NCBI GenBank assembly: GCA_021325555.1
Contig: JAJPGY010000041.1
Coordinates: 3,317-67,316, forward strand
DNA length: 64,000 nucleotides
From: Pseudomonadota bacterium
Lineage (GTDB): Bacteria; Cyanobacteriota; Vampirovibrionia; Obscuribacterales; Obscuribacteraceae
Direction of reading: 5' to 3'
In this document: piece by piece, positions 9,484-18,663 of the stretch
Position numbering within the stretch: position 1 is the first letter of the stretch
Layout: each line of letters begins with the position of its first letter
Made by a program: the position numbers and the translations under genes
Notes under the pieces: model-generated
Told to the model about the DNA's origin: nothing
Seen by the model: only the letters and a program-made list of their open reading frames with translations
Databases searched by the model: none

Positions 9484-10290
9484 TCAGGAGCGGAACAGGC
9501 TGCTCTGCAGAAGGCCGTTCCTGGCGCACCAGTACTTGACCAGCGTGCCCAGAACGCCAAGCCCGTATTTGACGCTGTTCCAGAAATTGATCGAAGAGGC
9601 CTCGGCGAAATATCTGGTCTCGACGCCGATCTCGGCTATGCGGAAATTGAAGTAGACGGCCTGGCAGAGGATCTCGGCGTCGAACACGAAGGCGATCGAG
9701 TTGCGCAAGAAAGGCACCTGCTCGAGGAAGCGGCGGCTGTATGCCCGGTACCCGGTGTGGAACTCCGAGAGCCTGGTGCCGAGGACCAGGTTCTGCATGG
9801 TGGTCAGGAAGCGATTGGCGATGAACTTGTAGACCGGCATGCCGCCTTTGAGGGCGCCGCCGCCCAGGAAGCGGGAGCCGAGAACGATGTCGGCCTGCCC
9901 GGCCAGGATAGGCGCCACCATCTCCGGGATCTTGCGCGGATCATATTGATAGTCCGGATGCAGCATGATCACCACGTCCGCCCCGTCGCGCAGCGCCTCG
10001 AGATAGCAGGTCTTCTGGTTGCCGCCGTATCCGACGTTGTGCGGGTGGCGGATGATCTTGATGTCCAGCGTGCTGCCCACGGCGACGGTGTCATCTTTGC
10101 TGCAGTCGTCGACCATGATCACCTCGCTGACGGTGCCCTTGGGAATCTCCTCGAAGGTCTTCAACAAGGTCCTGGCCGCGTTGTACGCGGGCATGGTGAC
10201 GATGACGCGCGGCTCGCACCTGTCCGCCTGCCGTTGCGCGGGCAGGTCGGCGGTCTCGCGGATCTTGCAATCTGTGGCGCTGTTGGTCAT
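9484..10290 (-). CDS. Family 2 glycosyltransferase (polyprenyl-phosphate sugar synthase-like, Ppm1/ArnC/GtrB type)
   Basis: 268 aa. GT-A motifs VIVTMPAYNAA...VIMVDDCSKDDT and DADVVIMLHPD (DxD-like). Convergent with, and 1 nt from, the GT-C gene. Confidence 0.8.
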   Translation of the reverse strand: MTNSATDCKIRETADLPAQRQADRCEPRVIVTMPAYNAARTLLKTFEEIPKGTVSEVIMVDDCSKDDTVAVGSTLDIKIIRHPHNVGYGGNQKTCYLEALRDGADVVIMLHPDYQYDPRKIPEMVAPILAGQADIVLGSRFLGGGALKGGMPVYKFIANRFLTTMQNLVLGTRLSEFHTGYRAYSRRFLEQVPFLRNSIAFVFDAEILCQAVYFNFRIAEIGVETRYFAEASSINFWNSVKYGLGVLGTLVKYWCARNGLLQSSLFRS

Positions 10291-10445
10291 ACTCGGTCCG
10301 GTGAGCTCTTAGAATGTTAAGAGGTGGCTGTCGCAAAGTCAATTTCGATAAGCGAAGTTTAGGCTTGGCTCGTCCGCAGCTTTACGCAACGGAGCAGATG
10401 CCAAATTAGTAGTAGATAACCATAGAGCACAACCGGCAGCCGACC

Positions 10446-11681
10446 TTGTCCCGATTCGACACCACCTTCACCCACCGTTGCTACACCCTGATAGGGGCCA
10501 CCTTCGTCGTTTTCGAGTGCTTCTTCCTGACGCTCTACGCCAGTGACTTCTGGTTCGGCCAGGACATAGCCTGGCTGGGAATCCCGACCGTGCTCCTGGC
10601 GGCCGGCATAAGCCACCTTCTCCTGCGCTGGCTCGAAAGCCCTGCCGGCAGCCGTTTTTTCGCGCCAATCTGGCAGGGCAGGCCGCCGGTGTTCTACTGG
10701 CAGCTCGTCTCCGGCAGCGACTCGAGCCTGCGCGTGGGGGCCAGGCATATTCTCTGGACAGCCGTAGACGAGCTGTCGCTGACGTTTTTCGGCAACCTGC
10801 AGGTGAGATCCCGCAGCATCTGCGGGCCGGAGGCGCCGCAGGCGGACCTGGTCGTCAAGCTGCCGCTGGGCGCCCTCTCGCAACAAAGCCAGGTCGAGCT
10901 GGTGGCCGAGGTCAGGGCGCGCAAACCGGGGCTTACCACCAACAAGCGGCTCGAGAAGCGGCTGGCTGCACGAGAGCTCAAGGGCACGGCGGTGGTGCAG
11001 TCCCTGGGGGTGGCTTTCATGGTGCTCATCCTGCTCGATCTCGGGCAGTCCACTTATGCCCTCCTGGAGATGAACAAGCACTACTACCTCTGCCAGACGG
11101 AAGCCAGGGACGGCAGGATGGCATCGGCGCGCCGTCACCTGGCCGCCGGCGATCGCCTGCTCGAGCACCCGCTGCCGGTCTCCTGGGTGAACACCAGGCT
11201 CCTCAAGCAGGGCGTCATCGCCTCCGGCGTGCACCAGAGCCGCTCGCAAGCCCTGGAAAGCCTAGGCCGCCGGGATGAGGCGGTTGCCGAGGCGCGCCAG
11301 GCGCTGGCCTGCTCGCCGGACAGTTACCGGCTCAATCTGCGCCTGGCCAGGCTCCTGGCCGCGGCCGGCGACAGCCGCCAGGCGCGCGCCGAGATAAGGC
11401 TGGCCATTAAGAACCACGACAACTCGCTTTTGCCCCGGCTCTACATGCTGGCCCAGCTGGCCGCAGACGGCGAGCCCGACCGGATGAGAAGGTTCTACCG
11501 GCTGTACCTCGATGATCTCACCGACCTGGTGTTCGGCCAGGAGCCGACGTGGCCGCCGGGCGGCAATCGGTTCCTGCACGAGCTTTTTTATTCGGAGGAT
11601 GTAAGGTTCGTCTTCGATCGGCTGCTCGGTTGCGCGGGGGCGACCGCTAGCCCTCCTTGCGGCTCCAGTAAACACGAATGA
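10446..11681 (+). CDS. Membrane-anchored TPR-like repeat protein (hypothetical)
   Basis: 411 aa with a TTG start. Hydrophobic N-terminal segments are followed by a helical repeat region (ALESLGRRDEAVAEARQALACSPDSYRLNLRLARLLAAAGDSRQARAEIRLAI). Function unknown. Confidence 0.5.
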   Translation: MSRFDTTFTHRCYTLIGATFVVFECFFLTLYASDFWFGQDIAWLGIPTVLLAAGISHLLLRWLESPAGSRFFAPIWQGRPPVFYWQLVSGSDSSLRVGARHILWTAVDELSLTFFGNLQVRSRSICGPEAPQADLVVKLPLGALSQQSQVELVAEVRARKPGLTTNKRLEKRLAARELKGTAVVQSLGVAFMVLILLDLGQSTYALLEMNKHYYLCQTEARDGRMASARRHLAAGDRLLEHPLPVSWVNTRLLKQGVIASGVHQSRSQALESLGRRDEAVAEARQALACSPDSYRLNLRLARLLAAAGDSRQARAEIRLAIKNHDNSLLPRLYMLAQLAADGEPDRMRRFYRLYLDDLTDLVFGQEPTWPPGGNRFLHELFYSEDVRFVFDRLLGCAGATASPPCGSSKHE

Positions 11682-12189
11682 ACTTCTCGCGATGGGCCGG
11701 CTTGAGCTCCAGCTCCCCTTTGAACGACTTGTAGAACTGCTTGCCGATCCGCTGCGCCAGCCACTTTGTGGTGGTGAGAATGCGCATCCGGCCTTTGTTC
11801 GTCTCCACCTCCGCGATCCGGGAATGCGGGTTGTCGTGCCAGGCCTTGCCCTCCGTGTGCTTGATCAGCGCCATCACCGTGTCTTTCTGCTCCTCGAGGA
11901 GCGGGGACTCCAGGATGACCTCGCCCTCCCACAGCCGGCGGTCTATTCGATCGCAGCCCGGGCAGAGCGTCTCTGTCAGGTGGTTCTTCCGCACCAGCTG
12001 CTTAAGCTGGTCGTTGTCCATGTACCAGTGCTTCTCCTGGCAGAAAGCCCCACAACGCCTGCACACGTATTTGCCGGCGCCCTGCTTCTCCTTGCTCTCG
12101 AAGCGCCTGTCTTCAGGAAATCGGTCATGTGTGTGACCGAGCACGGACATTCTCTCTTGTTGTACGCGAGATCTGGTTTGTCCACGCAT
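11647..12189 (-). CDS. Small zinc-ribbon protein, NMD3-like / BCAM0308-family-like (recognised from memory only)
   Basis: Probable start MRGQTRSRV... at ATG 12189, preceded by GGGAGAA. Contains CRRC...CPGC followed by ...RIAEVE...ILTTTKWLAQRIGKQFYKSFKGELE...IRVYWSR, a pattern I recall from BCAM0308-family proteins. The ORF track extends it to 12279. Confidence 0.5.
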   Translation of the reverse strand: MRGQTRSRVQQERMSVLGHTHDRFPEDRRFESKEKQGAGKYVCRRCGAFCQEKHWYMDNDQLKQLVRKNHLTETLCPGCDRIDRRLWEGEVILESPLLEEQKDTVMALIKHTEGKAWHDNPHSRIAEVETNKGRMRILTTTKWLAQRIGKQFYKSFKGELELKPAHREKFIRVYWSRKEG

Positions 12190-12410
12190 ATTGCTTCTCC
12201 CAACAAAACTAGCTTTGATGAAACCAGTGTCTTTTCCTCTCCTAACCTTATTCAACCCCTTTTTTGCTATTCCAAACACACGGTGAGCCCGACAGGCGAC
12301 ATCGCCCGGGCCGCCCCGGCCCGAGCCTGGTTTCCGCCGGCGGGCAATTTCACATCCCTTTACGCGGATGCGAGCAGGCGGCAGAAGCGGGAAGTCTCGA
12401 GGGGCGCCGG

Positions 12411-13667
12411 TCAGATCCTGGGCGCCGGTCTGGCCCCGGCCAGGGTCTGGCGGCGGGCCGGGTCGTCCTCCAGCCTGCCGGCCAGCCCGGCATCCGCTTT
12501 GATGGCCTTGGCCAGCATGGTGAAGAATCTGGCGCCGCCGCGGGCGTTCAGGTGCACGGTGTCCAGGTAGTCCTGGCGGGTAAAGACCGGGCTGGCCGAA
12601 TAATCCAGCCAGCCGGCGTGGTGCCGGGCGCAGGCGCCAGCCATCTTCTCGTGGAAGGAGGCCCAGAAGCTTTCCGGCAGAAGCGCCCGGTTGGAGGGCA
12701 GGCTAGGCATGCCGACCACCAGCACCTTGATGCCGCGGCCGTCGAGATAACCGAGCAGGCGATCGAAGAAGACCAGCTCCTGCCGGTAAACCGGCGGATC
12801 GGGCAGGCGGTAACGGTGCCTGTACTCGATGGTGTTGTCCATCCACAGCCCCCGTATGTTGGCCGGAACCAGCATAGTGCCCGGCTGGAGGTCGCCGGTG
12901 ATGTCGAAAATAGCCTGGACGTTCTGATACCGCTTGTGGTGCCTGGCCGGCGTCGTGTCCTGCCAGCGCCGCTCCAGCTCCTCCTGCACCCAGCACAGCG
13001 GCAGGCGGTTGCGCAGAAGCCACTGCAGGTACGCGAAGGGATCGCCGAAGGCCTGTCCCGACAGCTCGCCCAGTCCGACGGCCCGCGAATAGAACCGGAA
13101 CGGCTCCGTCTCGGCCGGGCTGGCCATGCTGTTGTCCATGAAATCCCGCGGCGCCACCCCGATGATCGCCAGCTTCGGCAGGCGCGGGCCGCTGAACAGG
13201 GCGCGGCTCAGCATGTAGGCGTCCGAGACCATAAAGCCGCCCTGCGAAAAGTTGAAGACCGTAAGCGGGCGGCCCAGCTCCCGTTTGAGGTCGGCCTCGA
13301 AGGTGCTTGCCTGGCGGTGAACGAGAACGTCCATCGGCCGGCCGAGAAGCTCGGCGTCGGCCGTGAAGGTGGCCGTTCCCACCTGCGAGCTGCCGATGAG
13401 GGCGATATCGGGGGCGGCGGGCCGGTCCAGATAAGCGCTGGCCGTCCACCAGCTGAAGGAGCGCTCCTTCGCCCGGGCCAGCGCATCGGCCAGCAAGGAC
13501 TCCGGGCTGGCCGCCGCTTGCGGGCGCACCATGAAGCCGGCGACAGCCAGGTTGACGAGCAGGAAAAGCAGAACGGCCACCACGGAGCGGCTGGCCAGGG
13601 CGCGCGTCCACCGGCTGCTGGCGCCGCCTGCCCCTCCCGCGCTCAAGCCTTTGCCGGTCGTCATCAC
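12411..13667 (-). CDS. Membrane-anchored SGNH/DltD-like (DUF1574-like) putative O-acyltransferase, paralog 1
   Basis: 418 aa with an N-terminal hydrophobic helix. Motifs ALIGSSQV, GVAPRDFMDN, EYRHRY, GMPS, DTVHLNARGG. GTG 13667 or ATG 13664 start abuts the stop of paralog 2. Confidence 0.65.
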   Translation of the reverse strand: MMTTGKGLSAGGAGGASSRWTRALASRSVVAVLLFLLVNLAVAGFMVRPQAAASPESLLADALARAKERSFSWWTASAYLDRPAAPDIALIGSSQVGTATFTADAELLGRPMDVLVHRQASTFEADLKRELGRPLTVFNFSQGGFMVSDAYMLSRALFSGPRLPKLAIIGVAPRDFMDNSMASPAETEPFRFYSRAVGLGELSGQAFGDPFAYLQWLLRNRLPLCWVQEELERRWQDTTPARHHKRYQNVQAIFDITGDLQPGTMLVPANIRGLWMDNTIEYRHRYRLPDPPVYRQELVFFDRLLGYLDGRGIKVLVVGMPSLPSNRALLPESFWASFHEKMAGACARHHAGWLDYSASPVFTRQDYLDTVHLNARGGARFFTMLAKAIKADAGLAGRLEDDPARRQTLAGARPAPRI

Positions 13668-14938
13668 TACAAGGTCCCGTTGCGATTGGAACTGGCCATC
13701 ACGTAGCGCTCCAGCTCCTTGCCGGCCAGGGCCATCGCCTGCGAAACCTGCCTGTCCGCGGCCAGGTAGTCGACGAGCCGGTCGACGAACTTCTTGCCGC
13801 CGAACGGGTTCAGGTGCACGGAGTCGTGATAATCAGACCACCGGTACTGGTCGAACTCGGCGAGATCGTAATAGGTCACCCCGTGCTCGAAGCAGGCCGT
13901 CCGCACGTGCTGGACGAAGCGGGGGTATTCTCCCGGGGCCATGAGCGTGGTGTTGTAGAAGGAGATCGGCATGTTGACCACGATGAGCTCGATCCGCTCC
14001 TTGCGGCAGAACTGCAGGAGCTGCTTGAGAAAGTAAAGCTGCGTGCGATAGGTATGGAGGTCCGGCGAGCGATAGCGATCCTGGTACTCGCGGGTGTTGT
14101 TCTTGAACCCCTTGCTGCACGTGGCCTGATCCGCCGGGCTTATGATCACGGAGCCCGGACAGAGCTCGGCCGGCTTGTAGCCGGGCAGGAGCCGCTCCCT
14201 GTCCCAGAAAGTGAAGGCCGGCCGGGAAGCCGGCCTGGGCAGGATCCTGGCCAGAACCCGATTGGACCAGTCGCCGAACTTGAGCTGAAAGTCCAGAGCG
14301 TTGCCGTAGAGGTAGACCTGCCTTTCCAGCCACCAGTTGATCTTGGCCATCGGCGTGCGAAAGAGCGCCCGGGAGACGTCATCGAGGTTGACCAGCCGCC
14401 GGAAGTAGCGGAAGGCCTCGGTGTCCAGCGGGCTGGAAAGCGTGCTGTCCAGGAAATCGCGCGGCGCCACGCCGTAGATCACCACGTCCGGCCGGTGCGC
14501 GCAGTTGACCATGGCGCGCAGGGAGAAGTAAGCGTCGGAGGGCATCGCCCCCGGCAGGGCCAGATCGTAGGTGTTGAACATGCCCCCGAATGTGGTGCGC
14601 AGCCGGTGATCCAGATAGGTCGCCCGGTGGTAGCTCGTCAGATCGAGCGGCCTGCCCAGATAATTGGCGTCGCAGCTGGAGATGGCGCTTATGGTCAGCG
14701 ACGAGCCCAGAAGGGCCACGTTGTGGACGTCCGGGCTTCTCCTCAGGTCGTTCAAGGCCCACCACGCCCAGCCGCGGTAGGGGAAGTTGAACCTGTCGAA
14801 GTGGACCGGGGTGAAAAAGGAGAGGTAGGCGTTGACCAGGGCGAAGAGCACAACGCCGACCACGAAGGCGCTGGGGTGGAGGCGCCAGCCGGGCTGGGCG
14901 CCCGCGTCACCATCTGGATTTTGCCTTTCGGTCACCAT
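13667..14938 (-). CDS. Membrane-anchored SGNH/DltD-like putative O-acyltransferase, paralog 2
   Basis: 423 aa with an N-terminal hydrophobic helix. Motifs ALLGSSLT, GVAPRDFLDS, EYQDRY, NMPI, DSVHLNPFGGKK. Confidence 0.65.
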   Translation of the reverse strand: MVTERQNPDGDAGAQPGWRLHPSAFVVGVVLFALVNAYLSFFTPVHFDRFNFPYRGWAWWALNDLRRSPDVHNVALLGSSLTISAISSCDANYLGRPLDLTSYHRATYLDHRLRTTFGGMFNTYDLALPGAMPSDAYFSLRAMVNCAHRPDVVIYGVAPRDFLDSTLSSPLDTEAFRYFRRLVNLDDVSRALFRTPMAKINWWLERQVYLYGNALDFQLKFGDWSNRVLARILPRPASRPAFTFWDRERLLPGYKPAELCPGSVIISPADQATCSKGFKNNTREYQDRYRSPDLHTYRTQLYFLKQLLQFCRKERIELIVVNMPISFYNTTLMAPGEYPRFVQHVRTACFEHGVTYYDLAEFDQYRWSDYHDSVHLNPFGGKKFVDRLVDYLAADRQVSQAMALAGKELERYVMASSNRNGTL

Positions 14939-14952
14939 AGCCCTCGCCCCCT

Positions 14953-16245
14953 CTACATCTCAGGCTGGCGCTTGCCGGGGCGGGCCGGGCGCAGCGCCGA
15001 ATCGGCAGCCAGCCTGTCGGCCAGCATATCGAGCATCTTCTTTCCGCCCCCGGAATGCAGATGCACGGTGTCCATGAAGTCGGACTGTTTGAAGGCGCCT
15101 GAACCATCCAGGTCGAGGAAAGACGCCCCCTTGACCGTGGCCAGCACGTGGATGCTGTTCCGGTAGGCGTCCCAGGCGTAGCCGGCGATGAGCGAGCGAT
15201 TGATCTCTGTTATCGGCATGGAGACGACCACCACGTGGATGCCCCGCTGCCTGGCCACATCGAGCAGCTCGGCGAAGAAACGCATCTGGGTGGTGAAGGT
15301 GTCCCAGCGGACCGTCGAGTAACGCTTGCGGTACTCGGCGATGTTGTCCGCGAAGGTGAGCTCGTCCTTGCCGTGCGGGCGGAAAAATGCCTCGCCGGCC
15401 TCCAGCCCGCCCATCTGATAGCCGGGCAGGATCTCCCGGCGATGAGCCACCGTATATGGTGTGACCCCCGGCGGCACCGGCAGCAGACGGTCGAGCAGCC
15501 GGCAAAGCGCCTGCCCGGCCCGGCAGCTGAGCTCCTCCTTCATGCCGTACAGATATACGCAGCGCCCCAGCCGGTAGTTGAAGCGATCGACCCAGTCGGG
15601 CATCACCCGGTCGAGCATGCCGCTTATGTCCCCGAACCGGCTCAGGCAGCGGAAGAGATCCGTGGAGGCCGGGCTGGGCAGCAGGTTGTCCATGAAGTCG
15701 CGCGGGCCCACGCCGTAGACCAAAACCGGCGGGGTCTTCTTGCCGTCGAGCAGGTAGTCGGTGATCAGATAGGCGTCCGAGGGCATCTGTCCGGGAAGCG
15801 CCAGGATGAACGACCGGATGCTGCTGCCGGTGCGCCGCTCGATGCCGTGCTCGAAGTAGTAGCTGCGGTGGTGCTGGCTGCCGTCCAGGCGCCGCCCGAG
15901 AAAGTTGGCGTCCACCGTGGCCACCGGCACCAGCACCAGCGACGAGCCCAGGAAGACCACCTGCGGGCGCTCGTCACCGGTAAGGAAGTCCCTGACCGCC
16001 CAGCCGGCCCAGGTCTTGTCGCGGACCTGCCAGGCAGGGGCGCGGGCGAAGCTCACCGTCGCCGCCATCGCGCAGACAAGGGCGAAGGCGACGGCGGCAA
16101 AGACGAAGCGGCTGGAAATCAGCTGCTCGATGAGATCCGGCCCCCGGGCGGGCGCACCGGCGCTCGCGGAGCGTGCCCCGACCCTACAGGCGTTGCCGAG
16201 CGATCTCTCGTCGGCGGCCGCGCTAGCGCTTTTCGCTGGCACCAT
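14953..16245 (-). CDS. Membrane-anchored SGNH/DltD-like putative O-acyltransferase, paralog 3
   Basis: Start taken at ATG 16245 (MVPAKSAS...), which overlaps the MBOAT stop by 1 nt (TAATG). Motifs VFLGSSLV, GVGPRDFMDN, EYRKRY, SMPI, DTVHLHSGGGKK. The ORF track extends it to 16305. Confidence 0.65.
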   Translation of the reverse strand: MVPAKSASAAADERSLGNACRVGARSASAGAPARGPDLIEQLISSRFVFAAVAFALVCAMAATVSFARAPAWQVRDKTWAGWAVRDFLTGDERPQVVFLGSSLVLVPVATVDANFLGRRLDGSQHHRSYYFEHGIERRTGSSIRSFILALPGQMPSDAYLITDYLLDGKKTPPVLVYGVGPRDFMDNLLPSPASTDLFRCLSRFGDISGMLDRVMPDWVDRFNYRLGRCVYLYGMKEELSCRAGQALCRLLDRLLPVPPGVTPYTVAHRREILPGYQMGGLEAGEAFFRPHGKDELTFADNIAEYRKRYSTVRWDTFTTQMRFFAELLDVARQRGIHVVVVSMPITEINRSLIAGYAWDAYRNSIHVLATVKGASFLDLDGSGAFKQSDFMDTVHLHSGGGKKMLDMLADRLAADSALRPARPGKRQPEM

Positions 16246-17696
16246 TAGAACTGGAAGTAGATGAAGCGGGGCGAAGTGTCTGGGCTGAATACGGTCAGCA
16301 GGCACATGAGCGCCACCATGACGCCGACCTGCACGGCCCAGGGCGGGCTCTGATAGAAGCGCTTGCCGTTGAGCCAGTTGACGATCGGTTGCGAGATCAT
16401 GAGCACCGGCAGGATGAGAAGCAGCGCCGGGAAGATGAGCGGGTCGCGGATCTGCAAAACGGCCAGCTGCCTGAGCGAGAAGTGCAGCAGCTCCGCCGGG
16501 GCGGTGAGCATCTTCAGGACCATCTGGTTGGCGGCAGCGATCGTGTCGGCGCGGAAGAAGACCCAGCCGATGCAGACCAGGTGGAAGGTAAAGACCACGG
16601 ACAGCGCGTGGTAGATCTTCGACTTAAGGAGCCTCTCCGCCACGCCGGCCGCCTCGAGCGCTCGCCCGTACTCCCGGTGAGCGATCAAGAGGATCCCCTG
16701 ATAGGCGCCCCAGACCAGGAAGTGCATGGCCGCGCCGTGCCACAGCCCGCCCAGGGCCATGGTGATGAAGAGGTTCCTGTACGTCTGGGAGCGGGTGCCC
16801 CGCGACCCGCCGAGCGGGATGAAGAGGTAGTCGCGCAGCCAGGTCGAAAGGCTTATGTGCCAGCGGTGCCAGAAGTCGGCGACATTGGCGGCCAGGTAGG
16901 GAAGGTTGAAATTGATCGGCACCTTGTAGCCGAACAGCATCGCCGAGCCGCGGGCTATATCCGTGTAGCCGGCGAAGTCGAAGAAGATCTGGAAGGCGAA
17001 AGCGTAGGTGATAAGCCAGAGGTCGACCGCCGAAAAGCTCTCCGGGTGCGAGAACCCCGCCTGGGCGACAAGCGCCAGGTTGTCGGCGATGATCACCTTC
17101 TTGAACAGGCCCATGAGGATAAGCTGCATCCCCTGGTCCAGGTACTCCCACTTGAACTTGCCCGGGTAGCCGAGCTGGGGGATGAAGTCCTGGTAGCGCT
17201 TGATCGGGCCGGCGATCTGGGTGGGGAAGAAGGAGGCGAAAAGCGCGAAGGCGGGCAAGGAGGTGACGACCGGCTTGCCGCGATAAACCTCCACCGCGTA
17301 GTGGATGAACTCGAAGACAAAAAAGGAGATCCCCAGCGGCAGGATGATGTGCAGGTGCGGCTGGCGGACGGTCAGGCCGAAGAAGTTGAAGCAATCGGTG
17401 ACGGTGCCCGCAGCGAAGTTGGCGTACTTGAATACCCCGAGCGTGATCAGGTTCAGGGCGACGACTATTCCCACCCACAGCTTCTTGTGCTTGGTGCTCC
17501 TGGCGATGAACGGCACCAGGAAGAAGTTGCCCAGGGTCAGCCCGAGGATGAGCAGCCCGTAGATGGGCCGCCAGGACATGTAGAAGACGTAGCTGGACAC
17601 CAGCAGCAGTGGCACCCGCAGCCGCTGGGGAATTATCCAGAACAGCAGGAAGACCGTCGGCAGAAAGACCAGATATTGAAGACTGTTGAAAAGCAA
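16245..17696 (-). CDS. MBOAT family membrane-bound O-acyltransferase (AlgI/DltB/PatA-like)
   Basis: 483 aa polytopic protein, MLFNSLQYLVFLPTVFLLFWI... MBOAT signature FWHRWHISLSTWLRDYLFIPLGGSRG and the conserved His in LGGLWHGA. Confidence 0.9.
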   Translation of the reverse strand: MLFNSLQYLVFLPTVFLLFWIIPQRLRVPLLLVSSYVFYMSWRPIYGLLILGLTLGNFFLVPFIARSTKHKKLWVGIVVALNLITLGVFKYANFAAGTVTDCFNFFGLTVRQPHLHIILPLGISFFVFEFIHYAVEVYRGKPVVTSLPAFALFASFFPTQIAGPIKRYQDFIPQLGYPGKFKWEYLDQGMQLILMGLFKKVIIADNLALVAQAGFSHPESFSAVDLWLITYAFAFQIFFDFAGYTDIARGSAMLFGYKVPINFNLPYLAANVADFWHRWHISLSTWLRDYLFIPLGGSRGTRSQTYRNLFITMALGGLWHGAAMHFLVWGAYQGILLIAHREYGRALEAAGVAERLLKSKIYHALSVVFTFHLVCIGWVFFRADTIAAANQMVLKMLTAPAELLHFSLRQLAVLQIRDPLIFPALLLILPVLMISQPIVNWLNGKRFYQSPPWAVQVGVMVALMCLLTVFSPDTSPRFIYFQF

Positions 17697-17916
17697 TCTT
17701 GGATCTCCTTACGCGGGCCGGCGCCGGCAAATTGGCCCGGACAACATTCTCCTTGAAACCCCGAAAATCCTCATTAGATGCGGCAAATCCAGGGTTGCCA
17801 CGCAGGGCGGAATCCATCATAGATGGTGGATTTCAAGAATGTCCAGCAAAACCTTTCCGTCTTAATCTAAAGGATTTCCTATATTGAAAACCCTGCCGCC
17901 CCTTGAAAACCGGGCG

Positions 17917-18642
17917 CTATTCAACCTCGCTGACGGCCTGGCGGCTGAAGCCCTCGGGAATAAGCTGGTAGCCGCCGCCATAGACGGTCTTTATGTATTT
18001 GCGGTCGGGGGTCTCCAGGCGGGTTCTCAAGTGGCGGATGTGGACGCGGATCGTATCCACGTCGTCGTCGGGAGAATAGCCCCAGACCTCCTCCAGAAGC
18101 TTGCCGGTGGAGACCGTCTGCCCGTGGTGCTGGATGAGGCAGTGCAGGATTTCAAACTCGGTGGGCGTCAGCTTGACCACCCGGTCGCGCACCTTGGCCT
18201 GCAGGTTCTCGGGGATGAGCGTGATCTCCCCGGCCGTGAGGATCTCGGGCAGCGACGCCGATTCCGGCACCGAGCCCGAGCGCCGCAGAAGCGCGCGCAC
18301 CCTCACCTGCAGCTCGGGGATCTCGAAAGGCTTGACCAGATAATCGTCGGCGCCGGAGTCGAAGCCGGTCACCTTGTCACGGGTCATGCCCAGCGCCGTC
18401 AGCATGAGCACCGGAATCGGGTGGGTGCTGGGGTTCTGCCGCAGCCGCTGGCAGACCGTGAAACCATCGAGGTCCGGCATCATCACGTCCAGCACGATCA
18501 GGTCCGGCCGGTTCTGCTGCGCCAGCGCCAGCCCCTTGACGCCGTCGGGGCAGGTAGTCACGTGGTGCCCGAGCAGCTCCAGGTTCACCTTCACCAGCTC
18601 GGCTATAGCCTGGTCGTCGTCGATTACAAGAATCCTGCTCAA
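17917..18642 (-). CDS. OmpR-family response regulator (RpaB-like), no adjacent kinase
   Basis: 241 aa. REC domain (ILVIDDD...[14 protein letters not shown]...MLTAL...[10 protein letters not shown]) plus a winged helix ([12 protein letters not shown]...VWGY...[16 protein letters not shown]). Confidence 0.9.
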   Translation of the reverse strand: MSRILVIDDDQAIAELVKVNLELLGHHVTTCPDGVKGLALAQQNRPDLIVLDVMMPDLDGFTVCQRLRQNPSTHPIPVLMLTALGMTRDKVTGFDSGADDYLVKPFEIPELQVRVRALLRRSGSVPESASLPEILTAGEITLIPENLQAKVRDRVVKLTPTEFEILHCLIQHHGQTVSTGKLLEEVWGYSPDDDVDTIRVHIRHLRTRLETPDRKYIKTVYGGGYQLIPEGFSRQAVSEVE

Positions 18643-18663
18643 TTTGCTTCTCCGCCTCCGCGC

